Below the pieces are notes generated by a model, which saw only the letters and a list, made by a program, of their open reading frames with translations, was not told the DNA's origin and did not search any database. Positions 10,416-20,595 of a stretch of DNA of 32,000 nt are shown here, piece by piece. How positions within the stretch are numbered: the stretch's first letter is position 1; every line of letters starts with the position of its first letter. Made by a program: the position numbers and the translations under genes. Origin of the DNA: Clostridium oceanicum (GTDB taxonomy: Bacteria > Bacillota > Clostridia > Clostridiales > Clostridiaceae); contig NZ_BAAACG010000008.1 of NCBI RefSeq assembly GCF_039521385.1, positions 703,438 to 735,437 of the forward strand. Reading direction: 5' to 3'.

Positions 10416-11249
10416 TTACCAGCCGCCTGAAGATCCGCCTCCGCCAGAAGAACCTCCTCCGAAGCCTCCAAATCCACCGCCTCCGGAAGATCCTCCGCCA
10501 AAGCCTCCGAATCCTCCACCACCTCCAAAGTGGTCATCATCATCATTTCTTCTATGTCTACCAAATAAACTATTAAAAAAGATTATATTCAATAAAAATC
10601 TACTAACTCTACCTCTATTAAATATAAGATCTAGCATAAAAAGTCCTAATCCTATATATAGTGGTATTGGTGAACTTTTAGATTGTTTATTATTTGTATT
10701 TGGAAGGTTAACTTTCTCATTTTTATTTAACGTTACATTATATTCTTTTGCTACTTCATCTGCAAATACAGAATATGATTTTTTTATACCTTCACTATAA
10801 TTTCCTTTTTTAAATAAAGGAGTTAATACACTATCCATAACTCTAGCCGAATATATATCAGTAATTCTACCTTCAAGTCCTTTGCCTACTTCTATTCTCC
10901 ATTTTTTATCTTTCATAGAAATAAGCATCATTAATCCATTATTTTTATCTTTTTTACCTATTCCCCATTCTCTAAATAACTTATTAGAATAAGATTCTAA
11001 ATTTTGTCCTTCTAAAGAATTTATAACTACCACTGTAACTTCTGCTGTAGTTTTTTCTTCTAATTCCTTTCCTACAGATACTATAAATTCTTTTGTTTCA
11101 CTATCAATTGCACCTACATAATCATTAACATATTTTAAATTAGTAGGTTTTGGAAAACTATTTTCTGCTCTAACAGTAAAGCAATTTAAAAAGGATGAAA
11201 ATATAAAAACAATAAACAGGATAGAAAATCTTTTTAAAAATTTTTTCAT
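10416..11249 (-). CDS. TPM-domain (YgcG-like) secreted/membrane protein with Gly-rich tail
   Basis: Signal peptide; YVNDYVGAIDSETKEFIVSVGKELEEKTTAEVTVVVINSLEGQNLESYSNKLFREWGIG; GGGGGFGGFGGGSSGGG tail. Confidence 0.9.
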   Translation of the reverse strand: MKKFLKRFSILFIVFIFSSFLNCFTVRAENSFPKPTNLKYVNDYVGAIDSETKEFIVSVGKELEEKTTAEVTVVVINSLEGQNLESYSNKLFREWGIGKKDKNNGLMMLISMKDKKWRIEVGKGLEGRITDIYSARVMDSVLTPLFKKGNYSEGIKKSYSVFADEVAKEYNVTLNKNEKVNLPNTNNKQSKSSPIPLYIGLGLFMLDLIFNRGRVSRFLLNIIFFNSLFGRHRRNDDDDHFGGGGGFGGFGGGSSGGGGFGGFGGGSSGGGGSSGGW

Positions 11250-11259
11250 ATTGATCTAC

Positions 11260-11829
11260 CTACTTTGAAAAATCTACTTTTGGAACTTTTTTAGCAGCTT
11301 CATCCGCTTTAAAATAAGTTTTAGTTTCAAATCTAAATATTGAAGCAACTATAGAATTTGGAAATTTCTTTATAGATGTATTATAACTATTTACCTCTTT
11401 ATTATAATCCTGTCTTGCTATTGCTATTCTATTTTCTGTACCCTCTAAAGCTACAGATAAATCTCTAAAGTTTTGATTAGATTTTAAATTTGGATATCTT
11501 TCTACTACAACTAATAATCTTGAAAGTGCAGAAGACAACTGATTATTAGCATCTGATTTTTGTGAAATATTTTGTGCTCCTGCAAGTTTAGATCTAGCAT
11601 TAGCAATATCTGTATAAATTTCTTTTTCTTGTTTTGCATATCCCTTAACAGTTTCTACTAAATTTCCTATTAAGTCAGATCTTCTTTGAAGATTTGTATC
11701 AATATTTGATTCTGCTTGAGTAACTGTTTGATCCAAAGATACCAATTTATTATAAGTACCTATTAAAGGTAAAAATAATAGCAATATAACACCTATAACT
11801 ATTATTGTATTTCTTAATCCTTTTTTCAT
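11260..11829 (-). CDS. LemA family protein
   Basis: MKKGLRNTIIVIGVILLLFLPLIGTYNKLVSLDQTVTQAESNIDTNLQRRSDLIGNLVETVKGYAKQE. Start trimmed from 11844. Confidence 0.93.
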   Translation of the reverse strand: MKKGLRNTIIVIGVILLLFLPLIGTYNKLVSLDQTVTQAESNIDTNLQRRSDLIGNLVETVKGYAKQEKEIYTDIANARSKLAGAQNISQKSDANNQLSSALSRLLVVVERYPNLKSNQNFRDLSVALEGTENRIAIARQDYNKEVNSYNTSIKKFPNSIVASIFRFETKTYFKADEAAKKVPKVDFSK

Positions 11830-11865
11830 ATAAGCTCCCTCCAAACAAATTTTTTACAAATAATA

Positions 11866-13314
11866 TTATTTTTTAATTTCCTTTATACTCTCTCCTATTA
11901 TTTTTATTCCTTTTTTTATGTCTTCTATACTTAATCTTGAAATTCCAAGTCTAAAGGAGTTATCTCCTTTATTATCTACATAAAATATATCTCCTGGAGT
12001 AAATACAACTCCTTTTTTATAGCACCTATCTAATACATCCCTAGATTTTATATCTTTTAATTTTATGAATATATGAAGACCACCTTCTCCTAATATATCT
12101 TCAGCTTCAATATATTCTCTTGCATATTTAAGTGCTATTTCATATTTATTTTTATATATTTTTCTAGCTTTTTTTATATATTTCTCAAAATTGCCTTCTT
12201 TTAAATATTGGTACAATATAGCCTGATCTAAAAATGAAGTATGAATGTTTTTACTTCTTTTTACACTTTCTAAGTAATTTATAAGGTCACTATCTCCTAA
12301 TATCCAACCAATCCTAATTCCTGGGAAAAGTATCTTTGAAAAGCTACCTAAATAAACTATTCCATTACTTTTACCTGCAAGTGCAGCTATTGGAGATACA
12401 TGATCTCCAGAATATCTTAATTCCTCATTAAACCCATCCTCTATTATAGGTATATTATGTGATTTTAATATATTATATACTTCTATTCTTTTCTTTGGAG
12501 ACATAACAATACCTGTAGGATTATGGTAAGAAGGTATAAGATACATAAGCTTTATGTTTTGATTATCTTCTAAAACTTTTTTAAGGCTATCAATATTAAC
12601 TCCATCTTTATCTAAATCAATGCCAATTGGATTAATACCGTGAAGCTTCATTATTTTTATAGCAGTATTATGAGTTGGATTTTCACATAAAATTTTATCA
12701 CCCTTATTTACTAAGCAATCTAAAATTATATCAAAAGCTTCTGTAAATCCATTTGTTATTAGTATCTTTTTATTAGAAGTATCTATACCTTTATTTTTCA
12801 TATAATCAATTAAATATTCTATTAAATACTTATAGCCTATAGCATATCCATAATTTAATATTTTTTCTCTTTCCAAAGACATTATATTTAAAAAAGATTT
12901 TTTAAATTCTTCTACGTCAAATAAATTTTCATCAGGAGATATACTTTTAAAAGATATCATTCCTTTTTTCCAAGGAACTTCATGCTTTATTATATCTAGT
13001 TTTTCAGCAGACTTACCATAATCATTTATAAGTCTATCCCATTTTATATTCCAGTTATCTTTTTTCAAATTTATACTTACATCGCATACAAAAGCCCCCT
13101 TTCCTCTTTTTGTATATATAAGACCTTCATCTTGAAGATACTCATATGCATATATAATTGTATTTCTACTAACCTTTAACATATTAGATAGCTCTCTTGT
13201 TGAAGGTAATTTTTCTTCTTTTCTTATCATCCCATTTAATATCATAGATTTTATGTAATTCCCTATTTGTATATAAACAGGGGAGTTTTTGTCCAGTTTT
13301 ATATCAAATAACAT
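11866..13314 (-). CDS. MocR/PdxR-type regulator (GntR wHTH + class I aminotransferase domain)
   Basis: N-terminal LPSTRELSNMLKVSRNTIIYAYEYLQDEGLI; PLP-binding YLGSFSKILFPGIRIGW; IPSYHNPTG. Confidence 0.92.
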   Translation of the reverse strand: MLFDIKLDKNSPVYIQIGNYIKSMILNGMIRKEEKLPSTRELSNMLKVSRNTIIYAYEYLQDEGLIYTKRGKGAFVCDVSINLKKDNWNIKWDRLINDYGKSAEKLDIIKHEVPWKKGMISFKSISPDENLFDVEEFKKSFLNIMSLEREKILNYGYAIGYKYLIEYLIDYMKNKGIDTSNKKILITNGFTEAFDIILDCLVNKGDKILCENPTHNTAIKIMKLHGINPIGIDLDKDGVNIDSLKKVLEDNQNIKLMYLIPSYHNPTGIVMSPKKRIEVYNILKSHNIPIIEDGFNEELRYSGDHVSPIAALAGKSNGIVYLGSFSKILFPGIRIGWILGDSDLINYLESVKRSKNIHTSFLDQAILYQYLKEGNFEKYIKKARKIYKNKYEIALKYAREYIEAEDILGEGGLHIFIKLKDIKSRDVLDRCYKKGVVFTPGDIFYVDNKGDNSFRLGISRLSIEDIKKGIKIIGESIKEIKK

Positions 13315-13430
13315 TAAATCACCTCTCTTTAATTTTCACATAAATAAAAAACTAGTGCAATAAAAAAAGATTCTCTAATTTTTTAGAGAATCCTTTCAAA
13401 GTTATATATCTATATATTTTTACATAAAAA

Positions 13431-14330
13431 TTATCTTTCTACTTTTAAAGAATCTTGTATCATAACATCTAATAAATCTGAAAAAGACATATTCACTGCA
13501 TTTGCACTCTTAGGAAATAAACTATTTTTAGTCATTCCTGGTAATGTATTTAATTCTAGTACATAAGGAATAGAATCTTTAACTATCATATCTACTCTAA
13601 CATAAACATCACATTTTAATACTTTCCAGCAACCTAATGCCATTTTTTCTACTTGTTTATGAAGTTTTTCCTCTAAATCTACTATAACTTCTTCTGAACT
13701 TCCATCATATTTACATTTTAAATCAAAGAACTCTCCATTAGGTTTTATAGCTATAACTGGAAGCATCTTTTCATTTAACATACAACAAGTTATTTCTTCG
13801 CCTTTTATATATTGTTCTATCATAACTTCTTTATCATATTTTAATGCTAACTCTACAGCTTCTTTTAAACCTTCTTTTGATTTTATTAAATTAGTAGCTA
13901 CACTAGAACCTCCACTATTAGGTTTAACAAAAACTGGATAGCCCATTTTTTCTACTGCTTCATAATCTATTTCATCTATTTTAGTTACATTAATCCAATC
14001 TGCTGTATTAATATCTGCACTTTTAAGCATTCTTTTTGTAACATCTTTATCCATACAAATACCACTTGTTAATGGTCCACATCCTGAATAAGGTATGTCT
14101 AAAGTTTGAAGGACTGATTGCACTTCTCCATCTTCCCCAAATTTCCCATGAAGAGCTATAAAAGCAAAATCTAAACCTTTTGATTTTTCTACAATATCTT
14201 CTTTTTTATCTATAACTACAGGAACTACATCATATTTATCAGAATCTATATATTTCATTATCTCTTTACCTGAATTTAAAGATATTTCTCTTTCTGAAGA
14301 TATACCTCCCATTACTACTCCTATTTTCAT
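13431..14330 (-). CDS. ddl: D-alanine--D-alanine ligase
   Basis: [64 protein letters not shown]. Confidence 0.95.
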   Translation of the reverse strand: MKIGVVMGGISSEREISLNSGKEIMKYIDSDKYDVVPVVIDKKEDIVEKSKGLDFAFIALHGKFGEDGEVQSVLQTLDIPYSGCGPLTSGICMDKDVTKRMLKSADINTADWINVTKIDEIDYEAVEKMGYPVFVKPNSGGSSVATNLIKSKEGLKEAVELALKYDKEVMIEQYIKGEEITCCMLNEKMLPVIAIKPNGEFFDLKCKYDGSSEEVIVDLEEKLHKQVEKMALGCWKVLKCDVYVRVDMIVKDSIPYVLELNTLPGMTKNSLFPKSANAVNMSFSDLLDVMIQDSLKVER

Positions 14331-14523
14331 ATATACTCCTCCAATACTCTCTGGTATTTAATTACCCTCTTAATTCATTTTATACATTTATAAAATATAA
14401 TAAAGTACCACTACTAAACTTTTTTTGTACAAATGTGGTTTAAATTCATATTTCATATAAATCTTAAAATATTGAAAATGTTATCTTTTAAGTATACAAT
14501 ATAATTGTAAAATTAAATACCTT

Positions 14524-14611
14524 TGTTACGGGGGTGCCTATTTGGCTGAGAAGAGCATAAGTTCTAACCCTTTGAACCTGATACCAGATAATACTGGCGA
14601 AGGGAAGTAGT
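14524..14611 (+). promoter_or_regulatory. TPP riboswitch aptamer (THI box)
   Basis: acgggggtgcctatttGGCTGAGAagagcataagttctaaCCCTTTGAACCTGATaccagataataCTGGCGAAGGGAAGTAG. Confidence 0.96.
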
Positions 14612-14642
14612 ATAATATCTACATATTATATATAATAAAACC

Positions 14643-14673
14643 ATGCTGCTTTTCTTACAAGTGGCATTTTTTT
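14643..14673 (+). terminator. Riboswitch expression-platform terminator
   Basis: ATGCTGCTT-ttcttac-AAGTGGCAT with two G-U pairs, followed by TTTTTTT. Confidence 0.8.
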
Positions 14674-14747
14674 ATTAAAAATAACAAGATTTAATTTAAG
14701 ATATAAACTAAAATTCAAACTTAATCATAAACTAGGAGGTACTTAAT

Positions 14748-15551
14748 ATGAAAAATGTTTTAACAATAGCTGGATCAGATAGCTCAGGTGGTGCAGGTAT
14801 ACAAGCGGATTTAAAAACTATGAGCGCGTTAGGCGTATTTGGTATGAGTGTAATAACTGCAGTAACAGCTCAAAATACTTTAGGAGTGGTTGATGTACAA
14901 GACATTGATAAAAAAATTGTAGAAGCTCAAATAAAATGTATTTTTGATGATATAAATGTAGATGCAGTAAAAATAGGAATGGTTTCAAACAGTGAAATAA
15001 TTGAAACTATAACAAACCTACTTAAAGAATACAAAGCTAAAAATATAGTTGTAGACCCTGTTATGATATCCAAAAGTGGCTACTTTTTATTAAAACCTGA
15101 AGCTGTAGAAAAAATAAAAGAACTTATTTCTATAGCTGATGTAGTAACCCCTAATATTCCAGAAGCAGAAACATTAACTGATATGAAAATAAAAGATGAA
15201 GAAGATATGAAAAAAGCTGCCTTAGAAATATCTAAGATGGGACCAAAATATGTTCTTATAAAAGGCGGTCACAGATGTAATGATGCTAATGATATTTTAT
15301 ATACTGGAAAAGATTTTATAAAAATAGAAGGTAGTAGAATCCAAACAAAAAATACTCATGGAACAGGATGTACACTTTCTTCATCTATAGCTTCATATTT
15401 AGCAAAAAATCACAGTATTGAAACTGCTGTTAAAAAATCAAAAGATTATATTACAAAAGCTATAGAAAATTCTTTTTCAATAGGAAAAGGCGTTGGCCCT
15501 GTAGGTCATTTAGTTGAACTTTATAAAGAAGCTGGTGTAGATTTTGAATAA
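14748..15551 (+). CDS. thiD: Hydroxymethylpyrimidine/phosphomethylpyrimidine kinase
   Basis: VLTIAGSDSSGGAGIQADLKTMSALGVFGMSVITAVTAQNT; THGTGCTLSSSIASYLA. Confidence 0.96.
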   Translation: MKNVLTIAGSDSSGGAGIQADLKTMSALGVFGMSVITAVTAQNTLGVVDVQDIDKKIVEAQIKCIFDDINVDAVKIGMVSNSEIIETITNLLKEYKAKNIVVDPVMISKSGYFLLKPEAVEKIKELISIADVVTPNIPEAETLTDMKIKDEEDMKKAALEISKMGPKYVLIKGGHRCNDANDILYTGKDFIKIEGSRIQTKNTHGTGCTLSSSIASYLAKNHSIETAVKKSKDYITKAIENSFSIGKGVGPVGHLVELYKEAGVDFE

Positions 15552-16716
15552 CTCAAATAAAATAAAAAATCCATCTATGTTTTTACTTTGGATTGGAGCA
15601 TCTATCTCTATAGCAGAAATATATACAGGCTCTGTTATAGCCCCTTTAGGTATTTCTAAAGGACTTTTAGCTATAATACTTGGACACATATTAGGAACAT
15701 TATTATTGTCTTTTGGTGGATATATATCATTTTCTAATAAATGTACTGCTATGGAATCAATACATAATTCCCTAGGTTCTTTAGGTGCAAAAATAGTCTC
15801 TATTATAAATGTAATGCAACTTCTTGGTTGGTCTGCCATAATGATAATTCAAGGAGGACGAGCTATTGGCCCTATTTTATCTATATCTTACAAAACATCC
15901 CTACTGATTGTTTCTGTAATAGTTATAATATGGTCTTACTCATTTTTTAATTATTCTAAAAAAGTTAATGATATTTGTGTTATTTCATTAATAATTTTAT
16001 GTATATTTATGTTTTCTAAAATAGATTTATCTAAATCTATAGAGCTTAGGGGAAACTTAAATTTCACTACAGCTTTAGAACTTTCAATTGCAATGCCTGT
16101 TTCTTGGTTACCTGTAATTGGTGATTTTACTAAGAATGGAACTAGTAAAAAAGGAGTGCTTTTTTCTAGCTTTTTAGGTTACTTTATAGGCAGTACTGCA
16201 ATGTTTATGTTTGGTTTTTTTGTAACCATATTTACTGGAAAAGATATTGTTGAATTTATATCTTCCATTGGAATACTAGGTGGTTTAGTTATACTTCTTT
16301 CAACTGTAACTACAACCTTTATAGATATATACTCTGCAGTTATTTCTTCCAAACAAATATTTGAAATTAAAACTGAAAATAAATATATAATTCTTTATTC
16401 TATATTAGCTTCGATTGTAGCTTTCATATTTCCTATGGAAAACTATGAAAATTTTCTCTTAATTATAGGAAGCGTATTCGTTCCAGTTTATAGTGTAGTA
16501 TTTTTAAATTATTTATTAAGAAAAGTTAAATCTCCAAAATTTCATACTATAGGAATAATTTCAGCTTTAATAGGAATAGGCTTATTTAACTATTTCAATA
16601 AAATTTCTTTTGGAATACCAACTTTGCTAACTATTCTATGTATATCAATTATATATATAAGTTTAATAAAAATATTTAATATAAGAGGTGTAAAAAATGG
16701 ACAAGCAAGTATTTAA
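15544..16716 (+). CDS. cytX: CytX-like hydroxymethylpyrimidine transporter (NCS1 family)
   Basis: Multi-TM protein, WIGASISIAEIYTGSVIAPLGISKGLLAIILGHILGT, located between thiD and thiM; TTG start. Confidence 0.85.
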   Translation: MNNSNKIKNPSMFLLWIGASISIAEIYTGSVIAPLGISKGLLAIILGHILGTLLLSFGGYISFSNKCTAMESIHNSLGSLGAKIVSIINVMQLLGWSAIMIIQGGRAIGPILSISYKTSLLIVSVIVIIWSYSFFNYSKKVNDICVISLIILCIFMFSKIDLSKSIELRGNLNFTTALELSIAMPVSWLPVIGDFTKNGTSKKGVLFSSFLGYFIGSTAMFMFGFFVTIFTGKDIVEFISSIGILGGLVILLSTVTTTFIDIYSAVISSKQIFEIKTENKYIILYSILASIVAFIFPMENYENFLLIIGSVFVPVYSVVFLNYLLRKVKSPKFHTIGIISALIGIGLFNYFNKISFGIPTLLTILCISIIYISLIKIFNIRGVKNGQASI

Positions 16717-17494
16717 TGTGTTAAAAGAAGTTCAAGAAAAAACCCCTTTAGTTCATGCTATAACTAATTATGTAACAATAAATGACTGTGCTAATATTCT
16801 TTTATCTTTTGGTGCATCCCCTGCTATGTGTGAAGCTTATGATGAAGTATATGATTTTGTTAAACTATCTTCTGCTTTATATATAAATTTAGGTACACTA
16901 ACTAAAGAACAAGAAACTGCTGCTGTTTTAGCTAGCACATCTGCTAAAAATAACAACGTTCCTGTAGTATTAGATCCCGTTGGCTGTCCTGCTATGAAAA
17001 GAAAAGTAGAAGTTATAAACAGAATAAAAGAAGTGGGAAGAATAGACGTAATAAAAGGTAATATAGGAGAAATTAAATTCTTAGCCGGAATGAATTCAGA
17101 AACTCGTGGAGTAGACTCTTTAGATAATGGAGAGGACGCTCTAGAAGCCTGCCAAAAACTTGCTAAAGATTTTAACTGCACCGTTGCAGCTACTGGAGAA
17201 AAAGATTATATCTCTAATGGTACTAAAAACTGTATTATCGAAAATGGCAGTGAATTACTTACTAAAGTAACAGGCGCCGGTTGTATGCTTGGAGCTTTAT
17301 GTTCTGCTACTTGTGGAGCGTTTGAAGATAAATTTGTAGCTACCGTTTCTGCTATATTATCTATGAACATAGCAGGAGAAAAAGCTTATAAAACTGCTAA
17401 ACTTCCTGGAAGTTTTAAGGTAGCTTTAATAGATAGTATATATACTTTATCTGATGAAGAAATTTGGAAAGAAGGTAATGTAACATGGAAATAG
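16697..17494 (+). CDS. thiM: Hydroxyethylthiazole kinase
   Basis: [31 protein letters not shown]; [14 protein letters not shown]. Confidence 0.96.
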   Translation: MDKQVFNVLKEVQEKTPLVHAITNYVTINDCANILLSFGASPAMCEAYDEVYDFVKLSSALYINLGTLTKEQETAAVLASTSAKNNNVPVVLDPVGCPAMKRKVEVINRIKEVGRIDVIKGNIGEIKFLAGMNSETRGVDSLDNGEDALEACQKLAKDFNCTVAATGEKDYISNGTKNCIIENGSELLTKVTGAGCMLGALCSATCGAFEDKFVATVSAILSMNIAGEKAYKTAKLPGSFKVALIDSIYTLSDEEIWKEGNVTWK

Positions 17495-18099
17495 ATTATA
17501 GTCTTTATTTAGTAACAGACAGAAGATTTTTAAAAGGAAGAAGCTTAAAAAAAGTAGTAGAAGATTCAATTTTAGGCGGAGTAACAATGGTTCAAGTTAG
17601 AGAAAAAGATGTATCCACAAGAAAATTTTTTAATATAGCAAAAGAAGTTCAAGAAGTTACTGATTATTATAAAATTCCTCTAATTATAAACGATAGAATT
17701 GACATTGCTCAGGCTCTTGATACTACTGGAGTACATCTAGGTCAAAGTGATATGGAACTTAGCATAGCAAGAAAAATATTAGGAAAAAACAAAATAATAG
17801 GAATATCTGCAGGTTCTATAAAAGAAGCTATAGATGCTCAAAATGGAGGAGCTGACTATTTAGGAATAGGAGCTATTTTCCCTACTGGAAGTAAAAAAGA
17901 TGTATCTAGTATTTTAAGATTAGATGGATTAAAAGAAATACAAAATAATGTAACTATTCCTTCTGTAGCTATTGGCGGTATAAATAAATCTAATTTTAAA
18001 GATGTTTTATCCACAGGTGTTAATGGAATTTCAGTTATTTCTGCTATTTTAGGGGAAGATGACATAAAAACCGCTTCTAAAAATCTTCTTTTAAAATAA
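17485..18099 (+). CDS. thiE: Thiamine-phosphate synthase
   Basis: [51 protein letters not shown]. Confidence 0.96.
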   Translation: MEIDYSLYLVTDRRFLKGRSLKKVVEDSILGGVTMVQVREKDVSTRKFFNIAKEVQEVTDYYKIPLIINDRIDIAQALDTTGVHLGQSDMELSIARKILGKNKIIGISAGSIKEAIDAQNGGADYLGIGAIFPTGSKKDVSSILRLDGLKEIQNNVTIPSVAIGGINKSNFKDVLSTGVNGISVISAILGEDDIKTASKNLLLK

Positions 18100-18157
18100 T
18101 TAAGGGATATAAAAATTTTATTAAGATGTTATTATAAGTTATAACTATAACCATTTA

Positions 18158-18186
18158 AAAATCCCACATACAACTGTGGGATTTTT
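18158..18186. terminator. Bidirectional terminator between thiE and arsC
   Basis: AAAATCCCACA-tacaac-TGTGGGATTTTT. Confidence 0.85.
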
Positions 18187-18200
18187 ATGATTATATTTTA

Positions 18201-18608
18201 TTATAATGAAATTTCTCTATTTTTAACCCTATTAATTAAATCTTCTACTTTATCTTTAATTAAATCTCTAGTTTTTCTAAACTCTTCTATTGTTCCTCCA
18301 GAAGGATCAGTAAGTCCCCAATCTTCCATATGCTTATTAGGAATATATGGACAAACTACATTACACCCCATAGTTATTAAAATATCTAATTCACTTGGAA
18401 TATCTTCTAATAATTTAGGTTTATGAGAGGTCATGTCTATTCCTTCTTCTTCCATAACTTCAACTGCTAATGGTTTTACTTTATCATACTTTTCAGTTCC
18501 TGCTGAGTAAACTTCAAAAATATCACTGCCTAATTTTTTTAAATATCCCTCTGCCATCTGACTTCTACATGAATTATGAACACATACAAAAGCAACTTTA
18601 TATTTCAT
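18201..18608 (-). CDS. arsC: Arsenate reductase, thioredoxin-coupled/LMW-PTP type
   Basis: VCVHNSCRSQMAEGYLKK P-loop; MGCNVVCPYIPNKHMEDWGLTDPSG. Confidence 0.92.
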   Translation of the reverse strand: MKYKVAFVCVHNSCRSQMAEGYLKKLGSDIFEVYSAGTEKYDKVKPLAVEVMEEEGIDMTSHKPKLLEDIPSELDILITMGCNVVCPYIPNKHMEDWGLTDPSGGTIEEFRKTRDLIKDKVEDLINRVKNREISL

Positions 18609-18727
18609 TTTAATTCCTCCTAGTTATATAACTTATAGACTAAACACACAATATATATTAAAATTTACTTTTAACAACTTAAATGTTAAATAACTTATTA
18701 TCTTAATGGTTTATTTATATATAATTT

Positions 18728-19783
18728 TTAAAACCATTTTCTAGTTTTATTTGCTATTTTAACTAAGGTAAGCATTACAGGAACTTCAACTAATACTCCT
18801 ACTACTGTTGCTAATGCTGCTCCTGATTTTAAACCAAATAATGAAATAGCTACTGCAACTGCAAGTTCAAAGAAATTACTTGCTCCAATCATAGCTGCTG
18901 GAGCTGCAATATTATGCTTAAGTTTCCAAACCTTTGACCAAAAATATGCTATAAAGAAAATTAAAAATGTCTGTACTATTAAAGGAATAGCTATAAGTAT
19001 AATGTGAAATGGATTATTTAAAATAATTTCTCCTTGAAATGAAAATATAATGATTAATGTCAAAAGTAATCCTAAAATAGTGGTATTATCAAATTTTTTC
19101 AAAAATACTTTTTCAAAATATTCTATGCCTTTATTTTTAACTATATATTTTCTTGATAAATATCCTCCTAATAGTGGTATTACAACAAATAATATTACAG
19201 ATAAAATTAAAGTATCATAAGGAACTACAACATTACTTACTCCTAATAAAAAAGCAACTATTGGGGTAAAAGCAAATAAAAGTATTAAATCATTAACTGC
19301 TACTTGAACTAAAGTATAGGCTGGATTTCCTTTTGTAAGATGACTCCATACAAACACCATTGCTGTACAAGGTGCTGCACCTAAAAGTACTGCACCGGCT
19401 AAATATTCATTAGCTAGATTAGAATCAATTAATCCCTTAAAAACTACTTTTAAAAAGAAAGCAGCTATAATATACATAGTAAATGGCTTTATAAGCCAAT
19501 TTATTACACAAGTAACTGTAAGTCCTTTAGGATTCTTAGTAGCTTTTACCATACTAGAAAAATCAATTTTAAGCATCATTGGATATATCATAAGCCAAAT
19601 AAGGATTGCTACTGGAATAGATACTTTTGAATATTCAAATCTACTTAAAGTTTCAGGTATTACAGGTACGTATTTTCCAATTAAAACTCCAACTACTATA
19701 CATAATGTAACCCATACTGTTAAGTAACGTCCAAATATACCCATCTCATCTGAAGTTTTTACTTCTTCTTTTCTTTTGTTCAT
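18728..19783 (-). CDS. acr3: ACR3-family arsenite efflux transporter
   Basis: VWVTLCIVVGVLIGKYVPVIPETLSRFEYSKVSIPVAILIWLMIYPMMLKIDF; LGAAPCTAMVFVWSHLTKGNPAYTLVQVAVNDLI. Confidence 0.95.
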   Translation of the reverse strand: MNKRKEEVKTSDEMGIFGRYLTVWVTLCIVVGVLIGKYVPVIPETLSRFEYSKVSIPVAILIWLMIYPMMLKIDFSSMVKATKNPKGLTVTCVINWLIKPFTMYIIAAFFLKVVFKGLIDSNLANEYLAGAVLLGAAPCTAMVFVWSHLTKGNPAYTLVQVAVNDLILLFAFTPIVAFLLGVSNVVVPYDTLILSVILFVVIPLLGGYLSRKYIVKNKGIEYFEKVFLKKFDNTTILGLLLTLIIIFSFQGEIILNNPFHIILIAIPLIVQTFLIFFIAYFWSKVWKLKHNIAAPAAMIGASNFFELAVAVAISLFGLKSGAALATVVGVLVEVPVMLTLVKIANKTRKWF

Positions 19784-19823
19784 TTTAAATCCTCCTTATA
19801 TAAGTCACATTTAAATAAATAAT

Positions 19824-20198
19824 CTATTTTATTAAATTCAAGACTTGGTCTTTGTTTTCTTTAATACATTTACAATTTAATTCATGTTTTTTATATCTCA
19901 AGTATCTTTCTGAATCCCTTTTAAAAATAGATTTTCTAGAAAAACTATTCTGTAAATATTTTATAAGCTCTATATTATTTTTCTTAAATTCATCACTTAC
20001 TTTATAATGTACCCATTGAGCATCCTTTGATGAATCTATAACTCCAGAGCCTTTAAGTTTTACAAGATGTCTAGAAGCATTAGATTGTGTCATTTCAAGT
20101 ATAACCTCAATTTCACAAACACAAAGTTCATCATTCATAAGTAAATTTACCATTCTAAGCCTGTTTTCATCACTTAATGCTTTAAAAAGTTCTACCAT
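19824..20198 (-). CDS. arsR: ArsR family transcriptional repressor
   Basis: LFKALSDENRLRMVNLLMNDELCVCEIEVILEMTQSNASRHLVKLKGSGVI, with ELCVCE metalloid-binding-type motif. Confidence 0.94.
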   Translation of the reverse strand: MVELFKALSDENRLRMVNLLMNDELCVCEIEVILEMTQSNASRHLVKLKGSGVIDSSKDAQWVHYKVSDEFKKNNIELIKYLQNSFSRKSIFKRDSERYLRYKKHELNCKCIKENKDQVLNLIK

Positions 20199-20238
20199 TT
20201 AAATCACCTCTTATATTACTATATTTGATTATACTCAT

Positions 20239-20268
20239 ATACTATCATTTATATATTTATTTTGTCAA
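20239..20268 (-). promoter_or_regulatory. Candidate promoter of ars operon
   Basis: Minus strand TTGACA (20268-20263), 18 nt, TAGTAT (20244-20239). Confidence 0.55.
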
Positions 20269-20524
20269 TATAAAATATTACTATATTAAATGTAATAAAT
20301 ACTACTTTATAAATATACTTACCTTTCTTTTTTAAATTTATTTACTTAAAATATAAAACTTTTATAGTGTAGATACACAATTTATATATATTAAAATACT
20401 ATACATTACTATTTTTTCAAAAAATCGCCTTACTTTGACAATAATAAAACAATGTTTTGAATAATTAATTATATAATTCATTCATTTATTAGTTTTTTTA
20501 ATACAAGTATTATTTAAATAATAA

Positions 20525-20555
20525 AAAGAGAGCATATTTATCATATACTCTCTTT
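20525..20555 (-). terminator. Terminator downstream of methyltransferase gene
   Basis: AAAGAGAG...CTCTCTTT hairpin followed by a T-rich tract on the minus strand. Confidence 0.6.
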
Positions 20556-20595
20556 AAAACTAAATATTTTCTTTTAAGATAATGTAAAGTATAAT

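Noticed and set aside
10366-10800. Proline-rich ORF 10366-10800 (+) and acidic ORF 10373-10564 (-)
   Set aside because: Both are alternative-frame readings of the GC-rich Gly/Ser tract of the TPM-domain gene; no ribosome binding site and no family resemblance.
15510-15839. ORFs 15510-15839, 16837-17181 and 17856-18065 on the minus strand
   Set aside because: Antisense to cytX, thiM and thiE, whose products are clearly recognisable.
18187-18426. ORFs 18187-18426 (+), 20936-21127 (+), 21547-21729 (-), 24106-24549 (+), 28600-28788 (+), 30149-30361 (+)
   Set aside because: All overlap strongly supported genes on the opposite strand and show no recognisable domain.
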